DNA from: Selaginella moellendorffii
Lineage: Eukaryota; Plantae; Lycopodiophyta
Assembly (NCBI RefSeq): GCF_000143415.4
Contig: NW_003314261.1
Coordinates: 930,001-994,000 of the forward strand
Reading direction: 5' to 3'
Length of the DNA stretch: 64,000 nt
Shown: one piece after another, positions 61,173 through 64,000 of the stretch
Position numbering within the stretch: the stretch's first letter is position 1
Layout: each line of letters starts with the position of its first letter
The notes under the pieces: generated by a model
Seen by the model: the letters and a program-made list of their open reading frames with translations, nothing else
Told to the model about the DNA's origin: nothing
Database searches by the model: none
Made by a program: the position numbers and the translations under genes

Positions 61173-64000
61173 GGTAGATGGATGTTGGTGGAGAAGAGCC
61201 CCAGAAACAGAGCAAGGAGATAGGATGATGGATGAATGGTAATCTTTGCTGCTACACGTGGCTGTGCTTGAGTGGAGCACACAGGATAGCTAGATCATGT
61301 TAAATTTTAAATTAGTACTAGCACTTAACTTTGCCTTCAAATCTGTTTTAGCCTATAGTTTAAAGGTACCATTAGGTGGATTCAAGCTTCCAGTTTTGAT
61401 AAAACTTGGCAGGTTTGTAGTGGATGTTATAAAAAACTCATAGCATCTGAAAGGTGGAATTTCCATGTTGATGAAATATTTCTACTTCTCATGACATAAA
61501 AAAAGTAAGTAGTTCAAGTTTTCTCTTGTGAGGTTCTGATTAGTTGAGTTTAAACTAAGATACGTGTTCTTAGCTTAACTTTACCTTTGGTAGTTCTCTT
61601 GTCAACTATTTGTTCATGTCCTGCTGTAGAGATCCGAATGTATTTAACTTTGAATGAGCACCATCAAGTTCAGTTGATATTTATGGCAAGTGAATATAAT
61701 TGCCTGCTTCACAACTTCCCATTGACTAAAACAGCATCTTTCTTCACCATGAAGCTATTACAAGCCATTGTAGATGCTAATTAAGCATGCAGTTAGCTTG
61801 CATCCTACCAGTGACACAAATGGAGTGGCTAAAGCAGTGGAACAAAGTTAATAATGTCACATTTCTTTGTGCTATAATATTACTCACATGCTTCCAATCT
61901 ATAATAAGTATTATTTTATTAATAATATTTAATAGTTAATTTACTAATTGAGAAATAAATTACACAATCCCTCATATATACTAAGGTTTTTCAATGTTCA
62001 ATTCAGTTCATCATTTTTATAAATAAGTTCGGTATGTGGATATTTATTAAACTTAGTGTTATATTCATATGGTATAGTCAACATAAAAGTATATGAAATT
62101 AAAATAATATATATTAATTAGCCCAAAATAATAAATTAAAAAATTCAAGAGATAAGGAAAATATATAAGTTATAAAAGAAACTAAATTAAATTTCTAAAA
62201 GGAGCTATAGTTTTGTAGCTTATTTAATTTTTAAAATGTTTTACTATTCAAAGATATAAATGTTATTTATGAGATTTACATAATAAACGTGGCTATTTTT
62301 AAGTTAACATAGAGATTCAATGTTAACTTTGAAAGTTAAAAACTTTATTTTTTAGAAATTAAATTAAATTATAAATTACGAAAATATTCATTAATAAAAA
62401 TTCATACTCATGAAGATGACCAATTTCTGTAAATATGACTGGTGAAATATCTTGTCTATTAAAGGAAAAAAAGATCAAAATTTATTTTCACATCTAGCAT
62501 TTTCCAGCTAGTTTAGAATATTTTAATAAATTTTTTAAAAAAAATAAAATTCTCATTATTTACTAAATGTATAAAAATAATTTTAATTTTTTATTAACTA
62601 TTAAAACTAATTTACTTGTGTTTTTAATAATATAAAAATATGCAATAATAACTATGAAACTATATATATAGGGATGGTAGTGGATATATCTAGAATATGC
62701 TTGGATATTCTAGGATATTCTACCATCTAACAGTTATTGTTCATTTAGATTAATTTTGTATTTATAATTTATAAACATGTTTATAATTTATAAACTTTCT
62801 TAAACCCTTTCTAGTATATTCTTTTTGATTCTATCATCTAATGGTTGATATGCAATAAGATTAATTTTGTGTTTATAAATTACGAACATGCTTATAATTA
62901 TAAACTTTATTTGATCAATTGGATTAATAAGTAATAATAAGACTATTATTAAACAAACCAAGTGTTGTTACGCAATTTATTGCATATAAAGGGGTATAAA
63001 CCCCAATTAATATACTATTCCTTTATCTTGAGCACTCACATTTGTGGAATTGAAAGGCACTACAATTTATCCCTAGAGGACAAAACTTTATGGCAATGCT
63101 TTGTTATTAGTGTTTAGGATTGTGTTTTTATTTTAATTCCTTTGTTCTCTTTTAGGTTTAGATTTGTATTAGCTTTTTGCCAAAATTAAAATTCCAATTA
63201 CCACTATGCTTAGGTTTGCTTTTCCTTTTGAGTTTCATTGCATTTCTTTCCTCTATGCTATATTGTCATCAATCAAGGAATATATCATTTGAGGTTGTTA
63301 ATGTTGCTCTGTTAAATTGAGTTTTTGGTGTATAGAGTGTATTGGTGATTATATGAGTGTTGTGCCTGTTCTTGGTATGTTGTTGTTTTTAACTTTTATG
63401 GGATATGATTACATGATTTTTTTTATTCTTGATGTTCTATCAGCTTTAACTGATATAGAGCATAATTATAACATTGATTAGAGAGTTATGGAGGTTTAAG
63501 AGAATGTTTAAGGATTAAATTTATAGTAAAAAAATGTTTATGAACTCAAGTGGATTCCAAATTATGATGAGAAGCTTAATTATTATGGAAATAGCTTTAG
63601 ATATGAATTTAAAATTTCACAGCATAGGTATCAATCTTTTAATTTGTCATTTGATGCCTTCTCTTTACCTTTTACTCTTTCCTAACATTTTCTTATTTCT
63701 CGGCTTGAGCTACTTTCTTATATTCCTAGTGTTTCTTCCTCATCCACAACATTTTTTTCTCTTGACACATTAATCATTTGTGACTCTTATGATTTTTATT
63801 CTCAATTTAATATTGAGTTGAGTGTTTCTGTCCTCATTATATTAGTTTAAATATTAACCATGTATGTGAAGTTAATTTTGTTTATTTTTTTATCAATTAT
63901 AATATTAAGTATTCCCCTATTGCAAAAGTTGAATCACTTTGGCTAGAGTTTTAAGTTGAGTATATATCCCTATTTATGAGTGCCACTAAAAGCCTTTGTT

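Overview
Eukaryotic nuclear DNA from a plant with very short GT-AG introns. The compact genes and SS-rich PLS PPR gene suggest a lycophyte such as Selaginella (inference). 1-25.6 kb is gene-dense: two tandem 2OG-Fe(II) dioxygenases, RAB3GAP2-like, TBL O-acetyltransferase, two PB1 paralogues, F-box, PLS-E PPR, DWNN/RBBP6-like ligase, SCPL and CHIP. 28-58 kb is mostly transposon-derived. Its main feature is a 12.4-kb DNA transposon (40479-52890) with perfect 24-bp TIRs and a 4-bp TSD (AAGA). It encodes a Sola-like transposase on the minus strand. A divergent multi-exon cargo gene has a ParB-like domain, a degenerate methyltransferase-like segment and an FCP1/NIF HAD-phosphatase domain. About 20 copies of a 22-bp palindrome (ATGGCRTGNGGCCNCAYGCCAT) are dispersed through the element, several inside tiny introns. 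A 289-bp MITE of the same family lies at 33707-33995. Also present: a 5S-promoter-bearing solo LTR, a D-arm-less tRNA-Phe pseudogene, LINE and Ty3 remnants, a DDAH-like gene and PsaF.
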